A stretch of 34,480 bases of DNA, taken from the sequence record SRR31156797_495; one strand, given 5' to 3'. Under the pieces are notes generated by a model. The model was not told where the DNA came from. It saw only the letters and a program-made list of their open reading frames with translations, and searched no databases. The translations under genes and the position numbers were made by a program. Positions 10,494 through 20,105 of the stretch are shown here, piece by piece (position 1 is the stretch's first letter; every line of letters starts with the position of its first letter).

Positions 10494-10710
10494 TAAAAAG
10501 GCTCCGCAATGGTCGAAGTAAAGAAGCAGCTGACAGCTTCCGGAGCTTGCCGGAGAAACTCCTGCAGGAAGTCAGGACGGACCCTTTTCCTCGGTAATTT
10601 GCCGGTAAGAAAGACACTGGCTGTTTTCACAACGAAACAGCCTCCAACACTTGCGCCAACCCTTGGGCCAGATGAATCCTCACCTCAGGTTAACGCATGC
10701 ATATAATTTT

Positions 10711-11049
10711 CTAGAGATTCAGCTTGATACCTTTTTCTTTCAAGGCATTAAGCTTACTGCTGCGATCATAATAATGAGTATGCAGAAGATGGTGGGATTC
10801 ATGTCCGCAAGGACCATCATGCAGGAAACCATTCTTAGGATCGTAAATCTTAACAATCATGGGGTTATCCTGAGATTTTCTGTACTTGTAGATATTCTTG
10901 TTCGCATCAGCCGCATAAACGGAGTTCTGACGACGGGCAACAAAGTCCATGACTTCTGCTGCTGCCTCTTTGGCGATATTTACGCCCAGAACCGCATAAC
11001 CGGCCACCGCTCCTGCGGCCTTGATGAAACTGCGTCTGCTTAATTTCAT
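10711..11049 (-). CDS. hydB: Periplasmic [FeFe]-hydrogenase small subunit with Tat signal
   Basis: SRRSFIK twin-arginine motif, RKSQDNP, SHHLLHTHY. Confidence 0.96.
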   Translation of the reverse strand: MKLSRRSFIKAAGAVAGYAVLGVNIAKEAAAEVMDFVARRQNSVYAADANKNIYKYRKSQDNPMIVKIYDPKNGFLHDGPCGHESHHLLHTHYYDRSSKLNALKEKGIKLNL

Positions 11050-11061
11050 ATCAGTTTCTCC

Positions 11062-12396
11062 TTATGCCTTTATTTTGCGCGCTCTGAATCGCTTGTTGAT
11101 CTGAGCCACGGTAGACCTGAACAGGGATGCCCGGATTTCAGGATCAAGAGGCTGGCCACCACCGTTAACACAACCACCGGGACAGGTCATAATCTCGATA
11201 AAGTGATAAGGAGATTTACCTGCACGCACTTCATCACAAAGCTTAGCAGCGTTACCAAGTCCACTTGCAACAGCAACTTTCACAGTTCCGAAGTTCGGAA
11301 CCTCAACATCAGCAGTATTGATACCCTCGTGGGTACGGACGACTTTGATATCAGGGTTGGCAAGCTTGGTGCCGGAAAGCACTTCGTAGGCAAGCCTGAG
11401 AGCAGCTTCCATTACCCCACCGCTGTTACCAAAGATGGTAGCCGCACCGGTTGATTCACCAAGAACCGGATCAGGATCTTCGTCAGGCAAGCTGTTAAAA
11501 TCAATACCGGCAGCCTTGATCATGTAAGCCAACTCACGAGTATTGATGGTGGCATCGATATCACGGTCAAATCCACCGTCATCAAGCTCACTGCGCACAC
11601 CTTCGTACTTTTTAGCGATACAGGGCATAATGGAAACAGTGTAAATCTTTTTACCGTCTATCTTTGTTTCCTCTGCACCATATGTCTTAGCCAAAGGACC
11701 AAGCATACCGATAGGTGATTTACAGGTGGACAGATTGGGAATCAGGTCGGGATAAAAGGTTTCCGCAAACTTCACCCAACCCGGACAGCAGGAAGTGAAC
11801 TGCGGCAAAGGCATTGCATCCTTGGCCCCCTGACTCTTAACTCTGTTAAGAAGCTCAGTCCCCTCTTCCATGATGGTCACGTCAGCAGTGAATTCATTAT
11901 CCCAGATGTAGTCGAATCCCAGCTTACGCAATGCTGCATGCATCTTTCCGCCGACATATGTCCCGGTGGGAGCACCAAAACATTCACCAAGACCGTAACG
12001 AACTGCCGGAGCAGGCATGGAGACAACAATGGTGTCCGGGTCCTTAAGTTTAGCAGCAAGCTCATCCACGAAAGAGACACCCTCGTAAATGGCACCATAC
12101 GGACAGTTGGTAAGGCACTGTCCACAATTCATACAGGCAACAGGATCAACAATACGATGAATGCCATCATCATTGATCGACTGGATAGCACCACTGGCAC
12201 AATACTCTTCACACGCACCACAGCCTTCACACTTGGATTCGTCAACCCGCACAAACCTGACAGTGTCTGCATCAACCCCAACCGGAGGAGCGTAAAGGCT
12301 GTACTCAACCCCCTCCATTCGTTTGGCATTTTCATTCACAGCAGGCTGAACCGCTGCCGCCCCGGCAGGCGGGGACTTAGGCGCACATCCTGACAT
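11062..12396 (-). CDS. hydA: Periplasmic [FeFe]-hydrogenase large subunit (2x[4Fe-4S] plus H-cluster domain)
   Basis: Two CxxCxxCxxxC motifs. H-cluster motifs FTSCCPGW, MPCIAKKYE and EIMTCPGGCVNGGGQP. GGAGG RBS 6 nt upstream of the ATG. Confidence 0.98.
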   Translation of the reverse strand: MSGCAPKSPPAGAAAVQPAVNENAKRMEGVEYSLYAPPVGVDADTVRFVRVDESKCEGCGACEEYCASGAIQSINDDGIHRIVDPVACMNCGQCLTNCPYGAIYEGVSFVDELAAKLKDPDTIVVSMPAPAVRYGLGECFGAPTGTYVGGKMHAALRKLGFDYIWDNEFTADVTIMEEGTELLNRVKSQGAKDAMPLPQFTSCCPGWVKFAETFYPDLIPNLSTCKSPIGMLGPLAKTYGAEETKIDGKKIYTVSIMPCIAKKYEGVRSELDDGGFDRDIDATINTRELAYMIKAAGIDFNSLPDEDPDPVLGESTGAATIFGNSGGVMEAALRLAYEVLSGTKLANPDIKVVRTHEGINTADVEVPNFGTVKVAVASGLGNAAKLCDEVRAGKSPYHFIEIMTCPGGCVNGGGQPLDPEIRASLFRSTVAQINKRFRARKIKA

Positions 12397-12407
12397 GCAT
12401 GGCCTCC

Positions 12408-12429
12408 TTTGTTAAAATTAGTTAACAAA
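12408..12429. promoter_or_regulatory. Palindromic candidate operator next to the hydA RBS
   Basis: TTTGTTAA-AATTAG-TTAACAAA (8-6-8 perfect inverted repeat). Confidence 0.5.
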
Positions 12430-12492
12430 TCATCAAACACACCAAACACAAATATAAAAAAAGTAACACTAGAGATGCACTAATACACTTCT

Positions 12493-12506
12493 ATTATACA
12501 TGTCAA
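12493..12506 (-). promoter_or_regulatory. Possible sigma70 promoter elements of the hyd operon
   Basis: Minus-strand TATAAT (12498-12493) and TTGACA (12506-12501). They are only 2 nt apart, so they cannot belong to the same promoter, and their partner boxes are weak. Confidence 0.3.
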
Positions 12507-12666
12507 TTAATCATCTAACTACAAAGATGCTCTAGACAAAAATACGGCAAAACATGCAGCTCTATTTGGGTAGAACTACATAGCCTACTAATTACTTTAT
12601 GAAAAATTTAAAATAATGATGGGATGGGGGAGGATTTATCAGGGGATGTGGAGATCACAAAAAAAA

Positions 12667-12691
12667 CGGCCCAAGCATCATGCTCGGACCG
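12667..12691. repeat. Copy 2 of the 25-bp direct repeat
   Basis: CGGCCCAAGCATCATGCTCGGACCG, 24/25 identical to 5495-5519, immediately before the integrase remnant. Confidence 0.8.
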
Positions 12692-12699
12692 ATTATCAT

Positions 12700-13176
12700 A
12701 CACATAAAATTAAAGGTAATCCAGATAGATACTACTCTGTCCGCTGGTATCGCCAAGGCAAAACCTTGGAAGAAGGAATCGGCTGGTCTTCAGAAGGATG
12801 GAAGATTGCCGAGATAGCCGACCTCAGACACAAGCTACAACAGAATTACAAGTCTGGGGAAGGCCCCACCACATTTGCAGCGCTCAAAGAACAGCACGCC
12901 CAAAAGAAAGCTGAAGCTAATAGCGAATGAAGCCAAAGAGCAGATCAAAGGAATCACCTTCAGGAGTTCATGGACACCCTTTACGATGACGAACTGGCCG
13001 GCAACCAGAATCAAAGAGAACGCTTTCTGACCAAGGAAGAAGCGAAGCTGGCAATTGCCGGCGTTGATATCTACCGGATCAAAACCCTTATGCGGCATAA
13101 GACTATTAATATGACCATGCGGTATGCCCATCTTAGTCCGGATCTTTCCCAGGGAATGGAAAAAATAGAACGGTAG
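12700..13176 (+). pseudogene. Tyrosine recombinase/integrase remnant (N-terminal and C-terminal pieces, frameshifted, internally deleted)
   Basis: DRYYSVRWYRQGKTLEEGIGWSSEGW resembles an integrase N-terminus. After frame changes, RERFLTKEE is joined directly to LAIAGVDIYRIKTLMRHKTINMTMRYAHL (C-terminal box with the catalytic Tyr). Box I and HxxR are missing. Confidence 0.85.
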
Positions 13177-13425
13177 TATTGAAATTTAGCATTATTTTGA
13201 CAATTTTTACTTTAGCTCGTTTTAGGAGTTCTCAAATATTATACAGGTTTGCCAGCATTCAGAAACATATAAAATCATCACTAACAAAGATTATTTCAAG
13301 TGCGCATAATTTCAGTTTCATTAATTTTAAAAAACAACTTCCCTCTCTACGAGTCATTGTGATATTATCTATAATAAAGATCATAATATTCATAAAATAT
13401 ATTACTTAACTCGAATGAGGATAAA

Positions 13426-13971
13426 GTGTCCACAAGACCCTCCCAATATCAATGGAATAAACTAAAGACGTCATGCAAAAAAATTTCTGCGTTATTGATA
13501 ACAGGGGTGAATTTCAGTCTATGCGCGTTTTTTTTATTAGGTTGTTCCAGTCATTCGTCAGGATTTCTATTTGTACAACAGGATATAACTGTAACCGTAC
13601 ATATCGCTCCTAACGCCAACAACAGTAATGCCATAGCTGTAGATATCCTCATGCCGTTAACGGATGAAACAGAAGCCGCTGTGACCTCACTGACTGCACG
13701 GCAATGGTTTTCCGAAAAAGCTCAATTCGAACGGGATTATACGCCCGGACAAGATTTCTGGGTACTGCACTATGAATATGTGCCGGGAACCAAAGTTCCT
13801 CCAATCTCAATTTCTTTGAAGGACCAAACCAAATCAATCATCGTCTTCGCAGACTACCAAACTAAGGGCGTACATCGTTTTCGCACCACACGGGGCGATA
13901 ATCTGATTCTCACACTGGGCGAATCAGATTTTTCCGTGGTTGATTCCAATTTCAACTCTTCAGGATCTTAG
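13426..13971 (+). CDS. tssJ: T6SS outer-membrane lipoprotein TssJ-like
   Basis: Lipobox FLLGC, ANNSNAIAVD and IVFADY...GVHR motifs; first gene before tssK. The start codon is uncertain. Confidence 0.75.
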   Translation: MSTRPSQYQWNKLKTSCKKISALLITGVNFSLCAFFLLGCSSHSSGFLFVQQDITVTVHIAPNANNSNAIAVDILMPLTDETEAAVTSLTARQWFSEKAQFERDYTPGQDFWVLHYEYVPGTKVPPISISLKDQTKSIIVFADYQTKGVHRFRTTRGDNLILTLGESDFSVVDSNFNSSGS

Positions 13972-13972
13972 A

Positions 13973-15376
13973 ATGAGTGACACCGATAAAACTCCTGATG
14001 CTGTCCTTTGGCACGAAGGCATGCTGCTGATGCCACAACATTTTCAGGCGGCAGATCAATATCATGAAGCCATGTTGAATTACAGAATGAGAAGCTTCAA
14101 CCCATTTAGCTGGGGAATACATAATATTGAGATAGATCAGAGCCTTATGCTTCAAGGAATCTTCCGAATTCTAAATTTGAGTGCAGTCATGCCGGATGGC
14201 CAGATAGTCAATTTCAACCGCCAAAATAGCGAGGACATGGAATTGGAGACCAATTTTGATACGACTGTTGCTGCACAACCGGGAGGCTTGAGTCTATGGC
14301 TGACCATACCACGACACGCAGACGGAATACTCGTTGATGACGAGACAGCACGTTATCACAGCCGTGAAACAAGGATCAGGGATATTACTACCGGTGAAGA
14401 AATTCCTGTTCCAGGATTAATGCCGAACATGGCACTATGGGCAGGGGATATCCCCCCTTCACGATTCTCATCCCTGCCATTGGCTCATATAAAGGCAAAA
14501 GGCGCAAAGTGTCTGCTAACGAACTACGTACCTCCGCTAATGGTCGTCCGGGATGACACAAAACTGTACTCGCTATGCCGAACATTAGCGGAGAAAATAC
14601 GAAGCAAGGCCTCAATGCTGGCGGAAAGGATTTCCTCACTGAGTGCAAATGAAACGGCTCTGTTGCTGGAAACACGCTTTCACATGTCAGGTCTTCTTGC
14701 CGGACTTTCGGCATTTGAAGCTCTACTTCATTCCAAAGCAGCCCATCCGCTAACGCTCTTCACCGCAATGCACAATCTTGCAGGAGGTGCGGCAAGCATA
14801 GGTGGAACTTATCTCCCGCCAAGGGTGGACTATGAACATGCCGACCCCATGCGCTGTTTCAGAAAACTGATCTCATTTATCTGTCGCATGATCGAGGCCG
14901 GTGTTCCCGAAATATATAAAACTCATACTTTCGAGCAGGCAGACTCTGTATTCACTCTTGAACTCAGGAACCTTCCCCATGGTGAAGAGGATTATATCAT
15001 TGGCGTAGCCTCTGAGCAGGATGACGATCCACGGAAAATAAAAGCATGGATGGATCGGGCTGTCATCGGCATGGACAAGACTCTGGACAAGCTTATGAAA
15101 CAGCGATCCACCGGGGCCAAACGCAAGCTGTTGGACCGTATCCCCGGAATGGTGACTCCAAGCAAAGTACTCCTGTATGAAATCAGTGCTGCTTCAACTG
15201 ACTCCATTTCCAAAGAACTATTTATCGCAGGTGTTGCTGAGGGAACTGAAACACAGCGCCCTTCCTCCATATGTCTATTCTCCAGAATCAAAGGATATGA
15301 CACAGCATTGGACCCTGATATTTTCTCCGGGAATTCGTTTACAGCAGATCCGGAAAAGCCAAAGGGAGGAAAGTGA
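13973..15376 (+). CDS. tssK: T6SS baseplate subunit TssK
   Basis: VLWHEGMLLMPQHFQ, WG, AVMPDG and YVPP motifs. Start placed at ATG 13973. Confidence 0.93.
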   Translation: MSDTDKTPDAVLWHEGMLLMPQHFQAADQYHEAMLNYRMRSFNPFSWGIHNIEIDQSLMLQGIFRILNLSAVMPDGQIVNFNRQNSEDMELETNFDTTVAAQPGGLSLWLTIPRHADGILVDDETARYHSRETRIRDITTGEEIPVPGLMPNMALWAGDIPPSRFSSLPLAHIKAKGAKCLLTNYVPPLMVVRDDTKLYSLCRTLAEKIRSKASMLAERISSLSANETALLLETRFHMSGLLAGLSAFEALLHSKAAHPLTLFTAMHNLAGGAASIGGTYLPPRVDYEHADPMRCFRKLISFICRMIEAGVPEIYKTHTFEQADSVFTLELRNLPHGEEDYIIGVASEQDDDPRKIKAWMDRAVIGMDKTLDKLMKQRSTGAKRKLLDRIPGMVTPSKVLLYEISAASTDSISKELFIAGVAEGTETQRPSSICLFSRIKGYDTALDPDIFSGNSFTADPEKPKGGK

Positions 15377-16104
15377 TGCACCAGACACTGCCCTTGGCAC
15401 GTATTGCCGGAAGCGATCGTCGGCAGCTTCTAACAACTCGACAGTTCAGAGAATTTAATGAGCTGCTTTTCAAAACTCTGAATGCTGCATTCTCGGAACA
15501 GAGTGCTGAAACCGAGCCTCCGGAACAGATGCAGGGGGAACTCCTGCAACTGCTGCTGAGTCAACTGAAAAAGCTTCCTTCGGGCAGTTCCACAGACGCA
15601 CAGCTCGTCATGGTCGGTCTTGCTGATGAACTGTTCCTCTCCGGAGACTGGTATGGACAACAATGGTGGAACTCAAATCCACTTGAATACAATCTCTTTG
15701 GGACCAGATCCGCCGGTGACACATTATATACTATTGCCGACCGCATAATCAGCCAGCGTTCACAGAACAACGTAGCTCTAGCTGCAATACTGCTTGATGC
15801 CTTCGCTATGGGATTCACAGGAAAATATGCTGATTCGGCAGACAGCACACTGGCGGTATACCGCACTGGTTTGCGTGAATCGATCATGCATGGTCACACG
15901 AGTGAGGACCTTTCCGGAAACAGACTTTGTCCGGATGCATATAATCGAACCTTTATCCCTTCCAGTGACCGCAGCCTTCCGTCTCTTAGACGCTGGATGC
16001 TTGCTGCAAGCATTTCCGGATTAATTCTGCTGGTCATTTCTCATCTGGTTTGGTGGTCCGCGACATCTCCACTACGGGAAATCCTCAAGCAGTTAACTGT
16101 GTAA
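15373..16104 (+). CDS. tssL: T6SS TssL/DotU (no OmpA domain)
   Basis: LADE...W...PLEYNLFGTRSAGD, GFTGKY and a single C-terminal TM helix. Confidence 0.92.
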   Translation: MMHQTLPLARIAGSDRRQLLTTRQFREFNELLFKTLNAAFSEQSAETEPPEQMQGELLQLLLSQLKKLPSGSSTDAQLVMVGLADELFLSGDWYGQQWWNSNPLEYNLFGTRSAGDTLYTIADRIISQRSQNNVALAAILLDAFAMGFTGKYADSADSTLAVYRTGLRESIMHGHTSEDLSGNRLCPDAYNRTFIPSSDRSLPSLRRWMLAASISGLILLVISHLVWWSATSPLREILKQLTV

Positions 16105-16112
16105 GGTCCCTC

Positions 16113-19100
16113 ATGTCAGCACTACCCTCCTTTATGGATTTAATCCGCCACTACCTGCCATTGCTACTCAGCATAGCGGCACTGAGCACACTGCTGTTTG
16201 CAGTGCTGACTACAATCATGGTGTTACGTATCCGCGAATCTACAGAGAACTCTGCTCCCCAGAAGGGTGAAAGTGAAACCGCCCCCGATGAGAATTCCGT
16301 TACTCCTGAAAAAAAGGCACGACGCACTCTCCAAAAACAGATGAGCGCCATAGTCAAATCCATTGGATTATGGAGATTACGAGATGTTCCATGGTGCCTG
16401 GTTCTTGGGGATTCGAGGGAAGGCGGCAAGACTATTTTCGCTGACGCCGGCGCTCAGAAGTTCGAAGGAAGCCTGCTGAACTGGTTTCAGTTTCACCAGG
16501 GAGTAACACTGGTTCCGTCCGGGAATCTGGGTGAAATAGGAAAATCTCATTCCAGACACAATTTTACATTGCTTCTGAAATTGATGCTGCGTCATAAGCC
16601 GCGCAGGCCCCTTGACGGATTGATCATCACTATATCTGCAAGGGAGCTGATCTCACCGGAATCTTCTGAAACACTCGGAGAATCCGTGCATGCCCAATTA
16701 GCCCACCTGCAAGATACGCTGGGAATGCGGCCCCCCGTTTATCTGCTGGTCACAGATTGCGAGTTCTTTGAAGGATTTTCAGAGATCTGCAATTCTCTTT
16801 CCCCTGAGCAACTTCATCAGATGCTGGGCTGGTCGAGTCCATATGTCCCTGATATCACATGGTCTTCCAAGTGGATGCAGGAAGCAGAAACAAGCATATT
16901 GGGCGCCTTGGAAGACCTACGAAGTGACATTTTTTCCAAGACTGTGCCTTCCCGGAATGCCAAACACATTTTCGCTCTCAGCTCTTGTATAAAGAACATC
17001 TTCACACCATTGCAGCACTTTGCAAATGAGCTCTTCCGTCACAGCGTATATCACGAACCTTTCCTGTTCCGAGGAATCTGGTTTTGCGGCAATCCTGCGG
17101 GGAGAGAAAAGCACGGTTCGGTATTTATCAGGGATCTTATCTCACAAAAAATTTTCCCGGAACATGCCTGCTCCGTTCCGGTTAGCCGGGTAATGACCAG
17201 ACGGACGGCCTTGGCACGAACGATTCAAGCTATAGCCACAGTCATTCTTTGCAGCTGGGCCGTTTTGATCTGGCATGGAGGAAATGTTTTACGCCAGGAA
17301 GTTCCCACAGTGCTGCCAGTGGTCAGAACCTACATCACCATGAGAAATACAGCCGGTATTTCACGGTGGCCGGAAGGAGTTCAGATCCAGCAAGATCGTC
17401 TGGAAAAAATGGCCACAAGAGTTCCCCGCATTCAAAAGGCATTTGATAACAACGCCAGAACTCTGCTTCTGGATATGGAAAAGGCTAAACAGGAGTGGAT
17501 TACTTCCGTTGTCTTTCCAACAAGTTTCGTGACTGGGTTGGAATCGCGGATAGACAGATCCTACCAACGGGCTTTCAACGAAATAATTCTAAAGGGAACA
17601 ACTCTGGGGCTGATTTATAAGGGAGCTACAATTTACGAAAAGCCATCAGCGGTTCAAAAGGGGCAAGTCGAGCCTTTGACTCAAATGCCAGCATACAGGG
17701 ATTTAAAACAACACATAGCTGATTCAGCGACTTTCCAATTACGATGCGAACAGTTTAACAGCCTCAAAAAAACACATAATGTAGAGACCTTAAAGGATGT
17801 AATAAACTACGTCTTTGATCTCGATTTTCAAAGGACTTTCATTCAGGAAAAGCGACTGGAAGAGATTATGTCAAAAAGCACTTACCAACCTGTCAATATG
17901 TCCTATTATCATAAACCAGCTAAAAGAGCATTTGATAGCAGAATGTCACAACTTTATGCACAGCTGTTTGACGACAATCCGCTTTTACATGCTGTGAATG
18001 AACTTGTCGTAGCACTTAATGATCTCACCCAGAATGGAGGCTCATATCGCCCCGGAAACGAAGAGGTCAGGGTGGAGGATGATATTGAGGCTGTACGTGT
18101 GCTTTTGAACAATCCTGAACAGAACTGGCCCACGAAAACTAATTTACCGATCAACTGGCCTATGGAAACGCTTTTCGCTAAGGCTGAATCAGAGACCCCG
18201 CTGCGTGCTTTTAATGTCAGTAGCTGGCGTAAAGAAGGTAAGGATAGACACAGAACCCTATACAGAAAACTGACAAAAAAGAATTCGCCAATTACAGGAA
18301 CTATTCTGGTTTCAGATTCATCCGGTCTCAACCTGAGACCTATGGTGCTTTTGCTGCAACAGTCAATCTCAGACCTCCAAAAGCAGGCATTCATGCACAA
18401 GGCCAAGGATGTCCACCTTTCCCAAAAGACTCCTCCTGCCACCTATCTTGCCTGGGATATCAGGCTCCTTGAACAAGCAGTGGATCTTGCATCTCCTTTT
18501 GACACATATTTCAGTAATGAAATGGAAGAATTTCCTAGTTCATTCCGTAGTACTGTAAAAAAACAGGGAGAGCAGCATCTTGCCGATAACATTGCGGCTT
18601 TAGTGGCTCAGGCTCAAAAGTTTATAGCTGTTCCCAGCCTGGAATATCTGAGATTGCAACAAAACGACGGCTCCGGTGCGACTAATTTCAACCAGGCTGG
18701 CCCCCTGCTGCTGCGCATTCTCGACATATACAATCAATTGGGAAAACAGAACGAACGATCCAGACTGGCCACAGTGGTTGACAGACAGGCTATGGATTTA
18801 CTGCGCCGAAGCAACGAGGAGCTTACCAAGAGCAACTTATATTCCCCCAGAGACCAGTCACTTGATAAATGGAATGGAAAAACTCCTGCCTCGACAGCTC
18901 TCTTCGGACTGCAAAGCAAAAATGAACTGGTTCCCTACCTTTCGTCTCAACGTGACCGACTGCGTCTGATAATCAACACTTGGGCTGAACCTGCACTGGC
19001 ATATGCCTACATGCGTGATAATTTTACCCAAAATGACTATTCTCTACTTTCTCATTGGGAAACAATTCTTGAAGACCTTGATCAATATGATTCGCATGTC

Positions 19101-20087
19101 CCCGGCAATCCTCTCAGTCTGCTTGAGCAATACATATTGCATGGACTGGACAAACCAGACTCCGTTGTTCCTGTATCCGGAGACAGCTGGTTCCAGAAAA
19201 AAGCCTTTGTAATGTATAAAGCCGTTCATAATCGTTTGAACTGGCTGGCTTTGCAAGATTTTTCCAACAAATGGAATCAGGCTGCAGATTACTTTACCCG
19301 AAGACTAGCCGATCATTTCCCATTCTCATCTCCCTTAAAAATCGGACAAAACGCATCTCCGGACAAAATCAGGACATTTCTATCCATGTTACCGGAATAC
19401 ACTGCTGGCAAACTGCCGAGTGACATACAGATCTTTCTCAATAGTATGAATGAAATGCGATCTCTGGTCGGAGAAACTATACAAAATGCCACTCTGAATC
19501 AGCCCGCCTTTGCAGTCGGAGTAACATTTCATGAGCCACGCTCCGGCGAAATAAATACAGAACAGCTAATCGACCAGAAACTGCAGCTCGGACAAACTCT
19601 CCTTTCATGGCGTAACGGTCAGCGAACCGGTCTTTGGAGCTACGGCGATCCTGTCTCCTATACCCTTCAATGGGCCAAGGACGGAGCACGCATTCCTATT
19701 GAAGGAAAGGACGAATCCGGTTCTACCGCTTCTAAGAATGAAGTTATTTACAAATATGATTCTCCATGGGCTCTTTTGGCCTTTATGCAGACCAACCGGT
19801 TTAATGATGAGTTCCTTGTGGAAGGCTCTTTTCCCGAACCGGGAACCATGATGTTTGAAGTCCAGACAGTGCTTAAAGAATCGGAAAAAGAAGGAAAAGG
19901 CCCTGTCAGGATGCCGGTTGAGAGTAAATCATCCGGACAGGTCAGATCTTTTATACGAATAACATTACGTAAAGTCGGACAAACCGGAAAAGCACCGGAA
20001 GAGCAGATCACATTGCCGGACGAATTTCCGCATGAAATGCCGAAATTCGATCCCTATTCAGTCTGGCTGAACTCAAAACAATATTAA
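16113..20087 (+). CDS. tssM: T6SS membrane subunit TssM/IcmF
   Basis: PWCLVLG, RRPLDGLII, PVYLLVT, GF and FRGIWFCG motifs, TM segments, and FPF and PWAL in the C-terminal part. Start placed at ATG 16113. Confidence 0.9.
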   Translation: MSALPSFMDLIRHYLPLLLSIAALSTLLFAVLTTIMVLRIRESTENSAPQKGESETAPDENSVTPEKKARRTLQKQMSAIVKSIGLWRLRDVPWCLVLGDSREGGKTIFADAGAQKFEGSLLNWFQFHQGVTLVPSGNLGEIGKSHSRHNFTLLLKLMLRHKPRRPLDGLIITISARELISPESSETLGESVHAQLAHLQDTLGMRPPVYLLVTDCEFFEGFSEICNSLSPEQLHQMLGWSSPYVPDITWSSKWMQEAETSILGALEDLRSDIFSKTVPSRNAKHIFALSSCIKNIFTPLQHFANELFRHSVYHEPFLFRGIWFCGNPAGREKHGSVFIRDLISQKIFPEHACSVPVSRVMTRRTALARTIQAIATVILCSWAVLIWHGGNVLRQEVPTVLPVVRTYITMRNTAGISRWPEGVQIQQDRLEKMATRVPRIQKAFDNNARTLLLDMEKAKQEWITSVVFPTSFVTGLESRIDRSYQRAFNEIILKGTTLGLIYKGATIYEKPSAVQKGQVEPLTQMPAYRDLKQHIADSATFQLRCEQFNSLKKTHNVETLKDVINYVFDLDFQRTFIQEKRLEEIMSKSTYQPVNMSYYHKPAKRAFDSRMSQLYAQLFDDNPLLHAVNELVVALNDLTQNGGSYRPGNEEVRVEDDIEAVRVLLNNPEQNWPTKTNLPINWPMETLFAKAESETPLRAFNVSSWRKEGKDRHRTLYRKLTKKNSPITGTILVSDSSGLNLRPMVLLLQQSISDLQKQAFMHKAKDVHLSQKTPPATYLAWDIRLLEQAVDLASPFDTYFSNEMEEFPSSFRSTVKKQGEQHLADNIAALVAQAQKFIAVPSLEYLRLQQNDGSGATNFNQAGPLLLRILDIYNQLGKQNERSRLATVVDRQAMDLLRRSNEELTKSNLYSPRDQSLDKWNGKTPASTALFGLQSKNELVPYLSSQRDRLRLIINTWAEPALAYAYMRDNFTQNDYSLLSHWETILEDLDQYDSHVPGNPLSLLEQYILHGLDKPDSVVPVSGDSWFQKKAFVMYKAVHNRLNWLALQDFSNKWNQAADYFTRRLADHFPFSSPLKIGQNASPDKIRTFLSMLPEYTAGKLPSDIQIFLNSMNEMRSLVGETIQNATLNQPAFAVGVTFHEPRSGEINTEQLIDQKLQLGQTLLSWRNGQRTGLWSYGDPVSYTLQWAKDGARIPIEGKDESGSTASKNEVIYKYDSPWALLAFMQTNRFNDEFLVEGSFPEPGTMMFEVQTVLKESEKEGKGPVRMPVESKSSGQVRSFIRITLRKVGQTGKAPEEQITLPDEFPHEMPKFDPYSVWLNSKQY

Positions 20088-20105
20088 AACAGAGGCTAGA
20101 TCCAT

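Noticed and set aside
10515-10580. SRP RNA-like words (GAAGCAGC, TCAGG) or a Moco-riboswitch-like stem
   Set aside because: Motifs are in the wrong order and the conserved cores are absent.
12616-12930. 104-aa ORF as an intact gene
   Set aside because: Its 5' part reads through G-rich junction DNA and the repeat hairpin; the rest is the frameshifted integrase remnant.
13358-13375. Rex-like site TTGTGATATTATCTATAA with an overlapping TATAAT upstream of tssJ
   Set aside because: The second half-site matches only 4/7 and no -35 is visible; too weak in AT-rich DNA.
13179-13409. 76-aa ORF upstream of tssJ
   Set aside because: TTG start, no RBS, very AT-rich; more likely the T6SS promoter region.
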